A stretch of DNA of 64,000 nt. Origin: Eledone cirrhosa (taxonomy: Eukaryota). Of this stretch, positions 41,101 to 55,714 are shown one piece after another. Under the pieces are notes generated by a model, which was not told where the DNA came from, made no database searches, and saw nothing but the letters and a program-made list of their open reading frames with translations. Made by a program: the position numbers and the translations under genes. The stretch is taken from assembly GCA_964016885.1 (NCBI GenBank), contig OZ024744.1, positions 37,882,001 through 37,946,000 on the forward strand. The letters run 5' to 3'. How positions within the stretch are numbered: position 1 is the stretch's first letter; the number at the start of each line of letters is the position of its first letter.

Positions 41101-42010
41101 AACAACCTTTACGCAGAACATTGGATTTGCCGTTGCTGATAATCCCCAAACGCTGAGGCTGCGGCATGTGCGGATTTCCCTAAATCGTGAACAGGTGTGG
41201 TCGCCGCTTGTGAGACAGGTCTTTCCGCTGTTCGTCTCTTTGACTGAGCTGCAGTCGTGAGTCAAGCAGAAACCACGGCCGGGCACCAGGCATCTGGAAT
41301 GTTGTCAGGCGTTCACAGCCCTCTACCAATCGAGCAATGGTGTCAGTGGAAATCCAAGTCTAGCGTTCTATTCAGATCTAGGGGCTGGTAAGTGCGACAA
41401 TGTTCACGGGGAGACTCTAGATATCGATGAAAACGAACTATTCAGGTTGTTCCGGATGACTTTTGATCTGGCGCCTATGGATAATTTCAAGAAATCCCTG
41501 CTCTAACAGTGCTACCGGAGGGCACTGCCGGTTTCAGATAAACTCTATAGGCCCTGAAGTGCTCTCGCTGCGGCGAAACGGTCTGCACCCACCCATCCGG
41601 TGGGGTTTTGTCGAACAGCTATTTTCACGTGTAGGAAGGATCCAGTTATCTATTGAGTCCATTGTTAAAATCGCACTGCCGCTTTCTTTTGGCCGGGAAG
41701 AGCAGGCAGTTTTCCTCTGCCTGGTGGCTGTACCGAAAGAGGTTGTGAGGTGGACGAGGCTAGACGGTCTAAAGATAGAACACTTTCTTCTCCCGCCAAC
41801 CCTTCATCACATCATCAATTTCTTCAAGTTCCACTTAGGAAGGAAGGTGAGAGTGGAGAGAGCAATGCTGCTTCCCCACCATGCGTCCAGTACATTTGTT
41901 AAAAAGTGGGTGAATATAGCAAGGATGACCCGAGAGAATGGGTCTAGTCTGGGCATGGGGTCGGTAGGCTGGAGATTTCAGAATGGAGGGTGGTGTCAAT
42001 AAAGGAAGAA
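38146..42010 (+). mobile_element. Tx1/L1-clade LINE, heavily decayed copy
   Basis: ORF1 knuckle KCYLCGALNHLRA; ORF2 remnants colinear with 58270-61470; ends aataaaggaagaattattatt. Confidence 0.88.
38300..38500 (+). repeat. 42-bp tandem repeat within the ORF1 remnant
   Basis: cttcaaggagacaagaggtcagtgctactacctacaccacag, about 4-5 units (TASRRQEVS.TTYT). Confidence 0.85.
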
Positions 42011-42017
42011 TTATTAT

Positions 42018-42203
42018 TGATTTGGCAGTATCGGTAGAGGGTTGGACGCCATGCTTTCTGGCATAGTTACGTCCCTTTACAGTCTGAGTTCAAATCCCGC
42101 CGAGGTTAACTTTGCCTTTTATCCTTACGGGGTCGATAAAATAAAGTACCAGTAATGTACTGGTTAATTGCTGGCCTTGTACCAACAAGTAGAAACAATT
42201 ATT
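42018..42203 (+). mobile_element. SINE family A
   Basis: Close match to the 31380-31565 copy. Confidence 0.9.
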
Positions 42204-42422
42204 ATTGATGTTGTTGTTGTTGTTATTATTGTTGTTGTAATATTAGTATTATTATTATTAAAATAGATCGATGAATATATCACAGGTCTGGTTCGCAAAC
42301 GTTTGATTAAACATAAATGAGTAATAGTAATGAAAGAAAAAGTTCACAATAACAACAGTGTCAGTAGTGGCAACAACAAGAACAGTTGTGATGGTGGTGA
42401 TAGTGGTGGTGGCAGTTGGAGT

Positions 42423-42471
<49 letters not shown>

Positions 42472-43479
42472 CGTTCGGAGTGTAGTGGAGCATAATAAAA
42501 AAGATGCAGAAAATCGAAGAACTGCCAGGTGAAATCTCTAATGTGTGAAGTTCACAAGACAGTATTCAAAGGAAGTGCCTACGTTCTGAGAAATATCAGA
42601 TCGATAAAACAAAACAAACAGAACAAAATAAAATAAAATAAAATAAAATAAAATAAAATAAAATAAAATAAAATAAAATAAAATAAAATAAAATAAAACG
42701 AAGACAGACGGATTATAGCAACAAGTTGTATTCTACTTCCAGCTGCAGTGTGGCATCAGTTTGGGTAGAGTACTTGTGTCCTAAAGAAGATATCGTGTTA
42801 ATACATTAAAACGCTTATATATGTCGTGTAAAACGTCGGTCAGGCCTAAAGCGGGCGTGTATACCTATGTGTGTGCACATGTGTGTGTGGGCGCACATTC
42901 GTGTGCGCGCGCACATGTTTGTGGGGGGGGGGGGAGAAGAGAGAGGAGAGAGAGAGGAGAGAGAGAAAGAGGGGCGTTGGAGAGAGAAAGAGAAAGAGTG
43001 TTGGTTGGCTGGTTGCGTTCCTGCTTCCAGCAACGGCAAAATATATTTTTTTTAATCTCACGCTGTAACAATTCTTTATGGAAAGAGGACAGTAAACGTG
43101 TGCGTGAGAAAGAGAAAGGAAGAGAGATATAACGAGGAATAGAAAGCGGTAATAGTGGTGAATGGCTATCTACCACGCCGAAATCATTTGTAATCCAATT
43201 TTCAAGTCTATATGTGAATGGGATGATAAGCATGTGTGGTGAGTGAGGGCGGAGGGAAAAAAGTATGACTGGGCAGTAATGAGGGTGTTGCGATAACGCC
43301 GAAAGTTTATTTTATACATATACAGTACTTCGTTTTGTATTGCAAGATTTCTTATCTGAAAACGTGTGATGAAACAGATATTGTTATACTTTGCAGGGTC
43401 ATGTTGGCAATAAAAACACCCGCAATTTATTACAAATTTCCAGTTGGTTGGTTTAATAATGGGATGGTTGTTTTTTGTT

Positions 43480-44830
43480 CATTGTCAAAGCCCTTTCGTC
43501 ACACATCCTGTGACCTCCCCAGTGACTAATCGGTTATTTTGAGTTTCTCTTTTGTTCAATCCTACACCATCTTGTTTTTGTGTGTTGTGTACTGTGTATT
43601 TGAGTTGTGCATGCGTTATATACGTGTGTGTGTGTTTTTTTATTTATTTATTCACACATTTATTTATTTGTCACTAATTGGTTGCTTTGTCTATCTATGT
43701 GTATCTGGTTTGTTTTATTAGTTTAGTTCTTATGTGTCTCTCTCTTTATCTTTTCCTTAATAAATAGTTTTGATGTTGTTATTGCACACATATTTTCTGT
43801 TTAGGTTTGGTTGGAATTCCTTTATACGTGTCTCTCCTGTAATCTCTCGGGGCATTGCGTTCGTTCTGTGTGAATATGATTTTTATCTCGATGTTCGCTA
43901 ATGTTCCCCCATGTTCCATTCTGGCATGTAGGTGGAGTACTGATGAGTTTTTCCAATCTTGGAATTCTCGCCAGTATTCGCTTATCCTTCTCCTATGCTA
44001 CGGGCTCTCACCTATGTAAGTTGTGTTCTTATTCCTACACTGTCCCTCTTTACATCTCATGCTATATACTACGTTCCTAGTTTTGCAGTAAATTTCTGGG
44101 CCTAATTTGCAGGCTATACATTTCCTATCAGTATATGGTGTTTTCTCAAATGGGTGTTCTACTAAGTAGGTATTTTATGGGAATACCTAGTTTTTTAACT
44201 ACTTGATAGTTAATTTTAGTTTGTCTAGAGCTCTTCTAGTTCACCTCTAGGGGTTGTATTGACGAATATTACACTCTGGTATTTATTGCTGTCATACCAC
44301 GAGTTGACTTTATTAATCTTCTTAATTCTTTCTATCTTATTCTAAAAGTTGCTCCTATATATTTTCTACAATATTTGTCCACTTGTTTCTGGCTCCTTTA
44401 TATACCTTGATCTTGTTTCTCTGATTGTAGCCAGAGAACTGCATGTGGTGGATGAAGTGTTGTATGTGTCTCTCTAATTCTTTAGAATTGCACACGCGGG
44501 ACACATTCTTCATCACTCTTATTAAATCCGCAGTTAGTATGTTGACTTTCATGTTATTTGAAACGGCTGAGTTTCTGTGGATCAGGTACTTGGAGGTCAT
44601 GGGTTTGGCATAACGTGATGGGGGAGTTGTATTAACTTATTAATAGTTTCTAACCAGAGTTATGTGTCTAGTACAGGTAATCTAGGATTGGGATGTTTAG
44701 TTGGGTAGTTTATTGTAACTTTAATACTCTGCTGGATGGGGTTAGCTATGTACATGATTCTTTCAATGGTGTTCCTTTCTAATTCCTAACCGTTGCCCTG
44801 CGGGAGTGTTTTCACTACGATGTTAATGTC
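43480..44830 (-). mobile_element. Penelope-like element 3' half (RT thumb plus GIY-YIG), decayed
   Basis: RLPVLD, AKPMTSKYLIHRNSA..K.NIL..MQFSGY, CIACK..YCKTRNVVYSMRC..TYIGES. Confidence 0.8.
43484..43526 (-). ncRNA. Hammerhead motif with a core lesion (CTGGGGA)
   Basis: gtca-CTGGGGA-g gtcac aggatgt gtgac-GAA-AG gg CT-T-tgac, downstream of the PLE. Confidence 0.55.
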
Positions 44831-45618
44831 ACTTACACACTCTACTTAGGGGGCTCACAGGGGAAAACAACGGGGAAAAAAACATTTGAAAAACGGACAC
44901 ACCTTTCTTCTCAGGCAACCGCTGGAAATCACAATACAAGCTGTGCCTATCTGTGAGTTACACAAGTAAAGACGAAAAATAAAAAGACAGAAAATGTTAC
45001 AAACTAAAGTACATCAACTGAAGAGGAATATGTTTGTTTTAGAATAATTTGGCTTTTGTAAAATTTGTAGATTGAATTAGAGTTTTTACCGTATTTTGAC
45101 TTTAGAAAATAGTCTAATAACAGGTCATATGAACCTCGATACCGGGGGAAAAAATGAATACTTAGTTTCTAATTAATGGTATTTTGAAGGCGTCAGGCAG
45201 AAATACTCCTGATGTTGGGAACAATACGGGAATGAAAAAGTACACAAAGAGATGTTTTCAACAGGCAAAATAAAGAGAGGGTAAATTTGGAAAGGGAAAA
45301 TGTTAAATATATCAATAACAATAACGTTAATTAATAATAAACAAAATAATGTGAAAATGATGCGAACAAATCGCAATTCATATATCGTATATATAGAGCT
45401 CCAACAGAAATATATATATATATTTATATAAGTAAAAATATGTTTTTGAAACAGCGAATGAGTTTGGAATTAGAAAGTTTGCGCCGTATTTTTTACTAAA
45501 AGGATGAGTATTGATATCAATACACATCCTTTTCCATTTCTTCGAGGGTTCTAAACTCCACTGTTAGGCTAAAATTTCTTTAGTCAAACACACGGCGAAA
45601 ATTTCTGTTTCTAATGTG

Positions 45619-46808
<1,190 letters not shown>

Positions 46809-46944
46809 AAGAATGAAGAGCAATATGGTTGACTGTACAACAAGGGGCTTTATTTCAGGTATTGACAATTGTTTCATTGATCAGGTGAGTCTAGAGGTCG
46901 CTAATCGCTCGAATTTGCGTCACTCGATCTCCATTACATTATTT

Positions 46945-47133
46945 GGTGGGTTGGCAGTATCTGTAGAGGGTTGGACGCCATGCTTTGCAGCCAAGAGTTA
47001 TGTCCCTTTATGGTCTGAGTTCATATCCCGCCGATGTTAACTTTGCCTTTCACCCTTACGGGGTCGATAAAATAAAGTATCAGTAATACACTGGGATAAT
47101 TGCTGGCCTTCTGCCAAAAGTAGAAACAATTAT
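46945..47133 (+). mobile_element. SINE family A
   Basis: ttggcagtatctgtagagggttggacgccatgc...ggggtcgataaaataaag. Confidence 0.9.
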
Positions 47134-47413
47134 TTACCTCTGACCACCTCATCTGATGAGTTGGTCAGAGATAGATAGCGAGGAATCAGTGATGCATCAA
47201 AAGACAATTTATTAACATATCACATATGTTCCTCCAACCATCAGCTGAAGGCAGGATTGAACCTGACTCTGCATTCGCAAAGTCCTCAGATATGTTTATT
47301 TTCTTCTGAAAATATGCCGTGAAAACGATAGACAAACGGCATACCACCTACGGTCGCATTTATTGCAACGTTACAACAACTATATATATATATACATGAC
47401 CCTCCCAAAGTAT

Positions 47414-47519
<106 letters not shown>

Positions 47520-47734
47520 TTTACGTATCGAGAAAGAGAAAAAAAGGGGGGATAGGTGATACATATAGTTATTTGCCAAGTAGCGTATGCCAAAGGTACT
47601 CGATACTAGTGCCGGGAGTATTAAATATTCGAAGTGTTAATATTTAGTGGGCTAGAGAGTTAGCAGAGCGTAAGCACGTGGGAAAGTAAAAAATCGGAGA
47701 ATAGACCGTTAAAACATGTTTATTTAAAATATCA

Positions 47735-47770
47735 CCTACGTACGTTTCGCCCAGTTGGGCTTCTCAAGGG
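47735..47770 (-). ncRNA. Minimal hammerhead ribozyme, U3-A8 core variant
   Basis: ccc-TTGAGAA-gccc aact gggc-GAA-AC gtac GT-A-gg. Confidence 0.65.
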
Positions 47771-48064
47771 CATAAATAATCACAAGTGTTCCTTATATTC
47801 CTCGAAAAGAGTTTTTGGGGTTAAATCCACATCAAGGTTCATTGCTCGCAAAAATATCTTGTTTTGATTTTGCATCAGGTCAAGGGAGGTAACTCTGGCC
47901 GGTGTTAGGGCAGTCTTTCCCGGACAATTTTTCTTTTTTTTTTTTGCCGCATCTGTTTGTCTGAGGCTGGGTCTGGTATGCAAGGATTGTTTCCTGGGTG
48001 TTATTTTGCAGCGCCTGCCCGCCGGGGTGTTAAGACTTGTTGCAGGGAGATCCAGTGTACTATT

Positions 48065-48658
48065 TCACTCTTCATCATTAACCCATCTGAAGAAGGATAT
48101 TTTTAAGCGATGTGTACAACTTATCGCTGTTTCAGCTCTGCTGTTGATGAGCTCGTGGGGTGCAGTTATGATGTGGTAGAGCTCCATGAGGCAAAGGTCG
48201 CATTTCCTCTTGAAGTTGTACGGTGCAGCCCTGCCGACAATCTCCCAGTGCATGGAGAAGCTGATGTTTAAGTCCTTTAGTGATGTGATGTAGTCCGCGA
48301 GCGAAGTGGAGTGCCTAAGTTTTCTATTTGTGAAAGAGTGGAGATGTGTTCGAAACCTAATTTTGAACGGGCCGGAGGTGGCCCCTATATAATGTTTAAC
48401 GCTATTGTGGCTAGTAATAGTGCATCTATATATAACCCTATCAGTCAAGCAGTATCCTCTAAGGGGGCAGTGTCCTCTGTCGCGGCAGTTGTAATTTCTG
48501 TCGCGGTTCCGTCTATTTCCCACGGTAAGGCTATCATTGTTGCTTCCTACGTTGTTACCTACGCTACCGCAGCTGTCGTTAGCACAATTACAACCCACAG
48601 CACGCGGGGTGGTGCGATTGTTATTCCGCACGTCATGTTCTGCATGTTCCCCAGTCAT
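48065..48658 (-). mobile_element. Penelope-like GIY-YIG endonuclease domain (open frame, 5'-truncated element, probably Naiad-type)
   Basis: NCRDRGHCPLRGYCL..VIYRC..HYIGAT.GPFKIRF..H..SF..WEIV..A.PY..CDLCLME. Confidence 0.88.
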
Positions 48659-48769
48659 TTCGCGGTCATTCTGGTTGCGTCTGCGGATGCCGTTGCCAAC
48701 ACTATTGGATGCTGCCAGGGAGTTGTTAAGGCCGATATAGTTATTGTCAGGTGTATAACTATATAACGA

Positions 48770-49290
48770 AATGACTTCAGGAACGTTTCCTGAACCATCA
48801 GTCGACCTTTAGGTACCCGGACAGACGTTCATCCACGAAACTCTGAGCCACTTATGGTCCCTCAAGGACTCAAGTATAGACTACTCCATTCAATGGAAAG
48901 CCAATACTAAGTCCAAGCCATACGCAACGGGAAATCCGTCGTGTGGACTGTGTATTGACGAACGAATAAATATTCTAAAGAGATTATGCAATAGTGATTG
49001 CCTAAACACGAGGAATGAATTTTTCACACGTTGTCCACACGTCTCGAAACGCTTATTGCATAACTACAAGGCTCCGGATTGAATGAATTATTGTAACAAC
49101 ATCAATATTTTCTCTTATCAACTAAAAACTTTTCGGACTCACGCACGCATTTTAGTATTGCCTGTGTGAAGTGACGGGTTTCTGCGCATGCGCGTTCGTA
49201 CGGTTGTCCTTCCTGTTCCGTATAACCATGCCCATTACGAGCTGAGGATCCGCTAAGGTGAAACAATTGTTCTCGGTATGGTGAACTAAC
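48770..49290 (+). mobile_element. Penelope-like element 3' fragment (GIY-YIG C-terminal half plus pLTR)
   Basis: ERFLNHQSTF..HLWSLKD..YSIQWK..KPY..CGLCIDERINIL..LNTRNEFFTRCPH. Confidence 0.85.
49238..49275 (+). ncRNA. Minimal hammerhead ribozyme
   Basis: cgag-CTGAGGA-t cc gctaa gg t-GAA-AC aatt GT-T-ctcg. Confidence 0.75.
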
Positions 49291-49641
49291 TGTTGTGTAA
49301 CCACCTCTCTCTCTCTATATATATATATCATCAGAGCCTATAAACAAGAGTATATAAATTGTTGCATGGTCCATCAAGCTGCGTCACCAGAACAAGATTA
49401 AAGGACCAGCAGGGGGTCCCGAGGCCAGCGCTATATAGAAACCACACTGTGACGCCAAGGGCAATATATCTGCGTGTCTGGGCACATTGATATATTTATC
49501 AACGAAACTATATATATATATATATCATTTATTGGTAATTATTGATGATTCTAACAGCAAAGATACAGCAGAGAGATTTTGTCTTTATCGTCTGAGTTGT
49601 TGTGCAATGTAACACTTCCTATTGCAACGGAGATATTTTGG

Positions 49642-49730
<89 letters not shown>

Positions 49731-49886
49731 TAAATATATATATATTTCTTCATAGTACTGTGTCGTTTGCTTTGTTATTTCTTTTAACATTTTATACACA
49801 CGCGCGTGCACACACACACACACACACACACACAAGCGCTTATATATATATATATATATATATATTTACATATATATATATATATA

Positions 49887-50075
49887 TATATTATAAAGAG
49901 TTGGGACCCGACGGCTGAGCACATGCCGTTTCAACAGCTTGTTCTAGTCTGTTGAAACAGCAGATCTCAGCCGTCAGGTCCCGACTCTTTATAATATAGG
50001 CGTACCCTAATACCCCAAGTATCGAAAACTCTGTTGAGTAATGGTCTAATTAGTACCAAACTCGTTCTATCCTGA
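49887..50075. repeat. Second copy of the hairpin element plus shared downstream block
   Basis: Hairpin 49887-49998 followed by cccaagtatcga..actctgttgagtaatgg, as at 17873-17903. Confidence 0.8.
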
Positions 50076-50302
50076 TTTATATATGTACATGTACACACAT
50101 AGGAAGAAAGTCAGTAAAATGCGAATATGAGGTGTGGAAATGTTACTAGAGCAGGGTAAAATATAAGGGGCAAAATAATAATAATAATAAGTATCCTTCT
50201 TTTGAAATGACGAATGAAGAAATATTGGAGCGTCTTGTTTGAAAACATCATCAAATATAAACGTAGGAAAAAATATTTTGTGATGTCATATTTATTCTAC
50301 CA

Positions 50303-50600
50303 TCTATATATTACTAAAAGTCTGTGATTGCTTGCTTGCTTGCTTGCTTGTCTGTCATGTAATACAGCCAAAAGGGCGCATAATGGGAAAATATTTGAAA
50401 GGAAGTTGGCCCTGAAATGGGAGTACAAATGGAATAAAACAAGTTTCGCGTAAATCGCACCACAGGTTCCCGAGATATGGGATTTTCTGGGTACCTTCAT
50501 AAATAGAAAGAGAGAGAAGGATAGAGAGAAATAGATAGTGGTTCTGAGAGAGTAGATTGAGAGAAGAACATAAAGAGGGAGTGAGGAGACAGAGATAGAG

Positions 50601-50659
<59 letters not shown>

Positions 50660-50974
50660 CGCTGGTTGAGTTGTGTATATATATATATATATATATATAT
50701 AAATGTGTGTGTATATGTGTGTGTGTGTGTGTCTCTGACCAGTGTATATAGATCACAAACATCCACATACACACACACACACGCACATACACAAAACACA
50801 CACACATATATATGTATGCCCACACAAACGTATATATATTGGCCGTCCAATTTCATTTCCCATTATATACATGACTGTGTATATTTTAATTATTTAGAAA
50901 TTATGTTTAAGTGAAAAAAATTTTCAAAAAATTATTTTGAATGAACGTGACCCGATGGGTCACGGGTGGTCTAG
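50303..50974 (+). mobile_element. Non-autonomous Helitron
   Basis: A|TCTATATATTACTAAAAG 5' end, subterminal hairpin cgtgaccc-gat-gggtcacg (50946-50964), CTAG|T 3' end, no TSD. Confidence 0.8.
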
Positions 50975-51049
50975 TACTTCATATTTTCTTCAGTACACCT
51001 CTCACAATGCTTCATAATCAATAACATATGTGTAGACATATAATTGATT

Positions 51050-51164
<115 letters not shown>

Positions 51165-54100
51165 AGTTGCATTTATCTTGCTTTATGTTCATACGAGTTA
51201 TCACCAAGTCACAACCAGTGACCTCAAGAGACAACAAGATCCGCCATGTTCAAGAAAGAACATACATACTCACACATGCATCTTTAGTGTTTGTGATGTA
51301 CTTATATTGACAGAATCTTCCTTAGTATATGGGCAGTTCCCATTAGTACTATCTTTTGTATTTCTCCTATACGCGGGTTTCCTTGGATTTACGATAAGTA
51401 ATCATTAGACCCCTTAGGTATCATTCCCAGTGCGCCTACAACCACTGGTATTATTTTAGTTCTCAATTTCCACATTTTTCCAATTTCTATCTCCAGGTCC
51501 TTATACTTGCTCAATTTTTCAAATGTTTTTATAGATATATTCTTGTCTATTGGAACGGACATATCAATTAGCAGGCATACCCTCTTTTGAAAGAATTTCA
51601 ATATTATATCAGGTCTATTTGCATCTATTTTTCGGTCTGTTTGGATGCTAAAGTTCCACAAGATTGAGATGTGATCTTTTTCAAGTATGGGAGGTGGTTG
51701 ATGTTCCCACCAATTCTTTTGATGGGGCAGATCAAAATGCTTACACATTATCCAATGTATGTATTGTGCCGCTCTGTCATGCCTGTTTAGGTATTCGGTT
51801 GGAGCTATAGGACTGCACATTGAAATTATATGGTCAATGGTCTCTGGTTGTTTTTTGCATACACGGCATAATGGGCTGCACCCATTTTATATTATGTTGG
51901 CTTGGTAATTTTTTGTTGGCTGACACTGATCTTGTGCTGATATAATCAGTCCTTCAGTCTCCGATTTCAGTCCAGAGGTTGCCAACCACTGATGGGTTAA
52001 ATTTTTTTCAACATCAGGATTGTTAGCTCGCTCTGGGTATTTTCCATACAGAGGCTTTTCTTCCCATTTCTTAGCCAGTTTCTGTAGCAGTTCTTTCTTT
52101 GCAGTTACTTTTACCTGCTTTGCTTTTTCTGTGTTTTCCATTTCAGCAGTAAATGGGACTTCTGAAATGTGTAGTCCATTACTGTATCTTTGTGCATCTT
52201 TTGTAATGGAATATGATCTTTTGATGCTTTCGTGTTTCAAAACGAGTTTGATCATCCAATCATGTGATTCCCTTAGATATGTAGATAATCCAATTGTTGC
52301 AGTTTTCAACGCAATCTCTAACTGGATTAACCCACGTCCTCCTTCTTTCCTAGGGAGATATATTCTATCTATATCTGCCTTAGGGTGATGCATTCTGTGC
52401 ATGGTTAAGAATTTTCGAATTTTTGTATCGAGCCTACGGATCACTGTTCTTGACCAGTTGATGACATTGTAACAGTAGGTTACTACTGGTATGGCAAGCG
52501 TGTTTATGGCATCGATCCTATTCCTTGCATTCAATTCCGTTCTTAAGATTGCTCTTACTCTGCGGTAACATTCCTTCCTTATCCTTTCCCTCATTGTCGA
52601 GTGCTTGATTCCGTCTCCTTCACAAACACCTAGATATTTGTAAGTTTCCTCTTGATCAAGTTCTCTTATCACATTCCCCCGATCAAGATTAATGTCTGAA
52701 CTTTTCAGCAGCTTTCCTCTGGTGAACGTTGCTTTGGCGCATTTATCTAGTCCAAACTCCATTTTAATGTCATCACTGAACTGCTCCACAGTGGATAATA
52801 GCCCTTGCAATTGTTCATCATTTTTTGCAAATAGTTTCAGGTCATCCATTTAGAACAGGTGATTAATGGTTTTGTCATAGACTTTATATACATGTTTTGT
52901 TTCATTGAGCTTTTTACTTAATGGTATAAGTGCGATGCAGAATAAAAGCGGTGATAAAGAGTCACCCTGAAAAATTCCACAATTAATATTAACTTCTCCA
53001 GCTTCCAGTGATTTTGTTTCACTATTCAAAAGGAGTGTCGTTTTCCATGTCTTCATACTGAATGACAAAAACCTCCTGACAACGGGGGATATTTTGAAAA
53101 TCTCTAAACATTTTTCAATCCAACTGTGTGGCAAACTATCGAATGCTTTTTTATAATCTATCCAAGCAATCGATAGATTTTTGTGTCTATTATGACAATC
53201 TTCCAGTATCATTTTGTTAACCAAAAGCTGCTCCTTACAGCCATATGAGCCTCGTTTACACCCTTTCTGCTCAATGGGAAATAGGTCATTTGTTATCAGG
53301 TGGTCATATGTGTATTCAGTTAGGACTGATGTTAAAATTTTATACATTGTGGTCAAGCAAGTTATCGGTCTGTAATTTTTGGGATTGTTTGTCTCATCAT
53401 TCTTCGGAATCAGGAATGTAATGCCGTTAACTAGCCATGATGTTATCTTTTCTGGCTCCTTAACTATTTCATTGTAAAGTTGGGCTAACAGCTCATGTGA
53501 CTCTGTGAAGGCATTTATCCAAAAGTTTTGTATTTTGTCTTTTCCTGGGGATTTCCATTTGCTGGTTTTTCTTAGAGCCAAGCGCAACTGTTCAACTGTT
53601 ATATTTTCCCATATGTGTTCCTCAAGGTGAGCTGTATCTTTCATTTGTCTGTCTATCCATGCGGCATGTATGTTATGAACTTTTTCTTCGGCCCAGATCT
53701 TTTCCCAGAATTCTTGCACTTCCTCCTTGGGTGGTATTGATTTAGCAGTTATTGTTGACTTACCAATTTTTCTGTAGAAGCTTCTTAGGTTGTTTTTGAA
53801 CATATTGACCTTATAGAATCTAGATCGTTTTTCAAAGCTCCTTATACGAGCAGCTTTGGCCGACACTTTTTGCTTGATTATTTCTATCAGCATGTCTATG
53901 TCACTTGTTGATTTTATACTATACTTTCTTTTCAATTTTCTAAGTTTAGTTTGTTTAACATGTTCACCTACTTTATAGTTTGTTAAAATTTCTATGTCAG
54001 ATCGGAGAAGGTTTATTTGGCGATTGATGTTCTCTTGCCAAGTAGATTTCTTGTGGGAATTCCTTTGTTTTTTCATCTTCACTCCACATAAGTGAGTGGT

Positions 54101-55110
54101 GACTTTAGCCGATGCATAATAGAGATGATTTAAATCAGTAATGTTTAGTTTGTTTGTGATGATAATGTTTTTGAGAATTATGTTAGTCTTGTGTATTATC
54201 TTTTGGTTCTGTTTGGAGTTCTGAATCTTAGGGAGGGTGTCTCGTTGCCCCATGTCAGATTCTTTCATTTTCATCCATTCGATCATAATTTCATCCTTCA
54301 AGTTGGCAAGTTCATTCTCATTCATTTCTTTATCATTTACGATCTCATTATTTTCATTTGGAGTTTCATCCTGAGCATGCACTCCCTCCACTTTTTCGAT
54401 CCTTTCTTTAATTTGTTCTGTTGCCAGTGATTCCGCCCCAACGCTGGGATTCGAAGTGTTACAGTTTACCTCGTTTTCACTGACACATGTTTCATTTTCC
54501 CTTCGCTGACTTTGTGCTAATAGCTTGATCTGATCAATTTCTATATCAGTTAGTAACTTTTTTCTTACAATATTTCTTCGTATATTGGCTAGTTTGTTAC
54601 TGTCAATATAGCCTCTGTTTTCGGGATGTTTCTTTTTCCAGTTGATATATGTCTGTTCTGTATTCGATGTATTTGATGGGTAGTACATGGCAGTGTAGAA
54701 AGACTCAAGGACTTCTTTATTATCTTCCCTTGACCATTTTTCTCTCTTTTTCTTTGGATTTCTTGGTGGTGAGCATGGAGGGCCAACAGTAGGAGTATTC
54801 CGGTTATGGGAGGTCTCCAGCTCCGAAGTGATGGGAAGGTTTGAACCATTAGCTGATTTTTCGACCCCAGTCTGGTTCCTCTCTGAGCGACGCGGCCCTT
54901 TTTTACCCGGGTGACGGCCGATCCGGTATGAGATTTTATCATTAGACATTTACTTTATTTTGTCGCGTTTTATCCTTATCCGCCAAGGGGTAATCATTTC
55001 GTGTTACCACTTCTAGAACGAGTGTCAAACAAGACTAGAGGGGTCGTTCTCCCCTAGAGACACGGCTATTCCCCGCCGGCCGCCATCCCGGTATTTCTTG
55101 GTCACGGGGT
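51165..55110 (-). mobile_element. Near full-length R4/Dong-clade LINE (RT, CCHC, RLE)
   Basis: NYRPITCL, WIDYKKAFDS, GIFQGDSLSP, LF*MDD, CRVC..HIISMC, NRPDI..LIDMSVP, PVVVGALG. Confidence 0.93.
51302..54949 (-). pseudogene. R4/Dong single ORF broken by three in-frame TAA stops
   Basis: Track ORFs 52850-54949, 51887-52849 and 51389-51820 share one frame, which continues to GTAHILRKILSI*. Confidence 0.85.
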
Positions 55111-55269
55111 TTTCTTTTTGTTGTTTTTTTTAAATTGTTATTATCATGAGTGGTTCCTTAATGTGGCTTAAGAATGAAATTATTGCGTGGCTTAAGAATG
55201 AAATTATTAATAATTGTCTCCACTCCAGGCACAAGGCCAGCAATCACTCAGTGCATTACAATAATATAA

Positions 55270-55680
55270 TATACTTTTTGTTGTAGTTGGCTGTTATTGT
55301 TGTTGGCTATGTCGGTGGTGGTGCCGGGGCTTTTTAGTGTACACAGGTGATGAGGTGGGTGGTGTATCTAGTTTCTGGTGTTGGTGAGTTTGGCTGTTCT
55401 ATATAGTGTAGACAGAGGAGAGGAGGGGAGGGGGGGTTCTTCTTCCATTTATAGCCATTTTCTTTTTTGAATATACAATGTACAATACAAAGTTGAATAT
55501 TTGAATATTTGAGCCTTATAACAATATATTTTGGGTCCGAATTTTTTGGGGCTCAAGCCGGGTGCTTTACGTAGCATTTGTACTAAGAGTTGTTATTTCA
55601 CAAATGATTTAAATATGTTAAAAATTCAAAACTTACGGGAGCGATTTCATGACCTCCGCCACCTCGTGCGTCTTCTTCCC

Positions 55681-55682
<2 letters not shown>
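55270..55682 (-). mobile_element. 5' fragment (5'UTR plus ORF1 start) of a related Tx1-like LINE
   Basis: Minus strand ggcggagg..ctcccGTAAG..ggctcaaatatt..aaaaagaaaATGGCT parallels 55727-55936 and 4650-4830. Confidence 0.5.

Positions 55683-55714
<32 letters not shown>

Noticed and set aside
43273-43310. Hammerhead-like gtaatga-ggtgtt/aacgcc-gaaag
   Set aside because: The core is mutated and stems I and III do not form
47140-47170. CTGATGA inside a short palindrome
   Set aside because: No GAAA core; it is a simple hairpin
48770-49080. Selenocysteine recoding as described for some Naiad PLEs
   Set aside because: The TGA at about 48844 coincides with a frameshift rather than a conserved Cys position, and no SECIS was recognised
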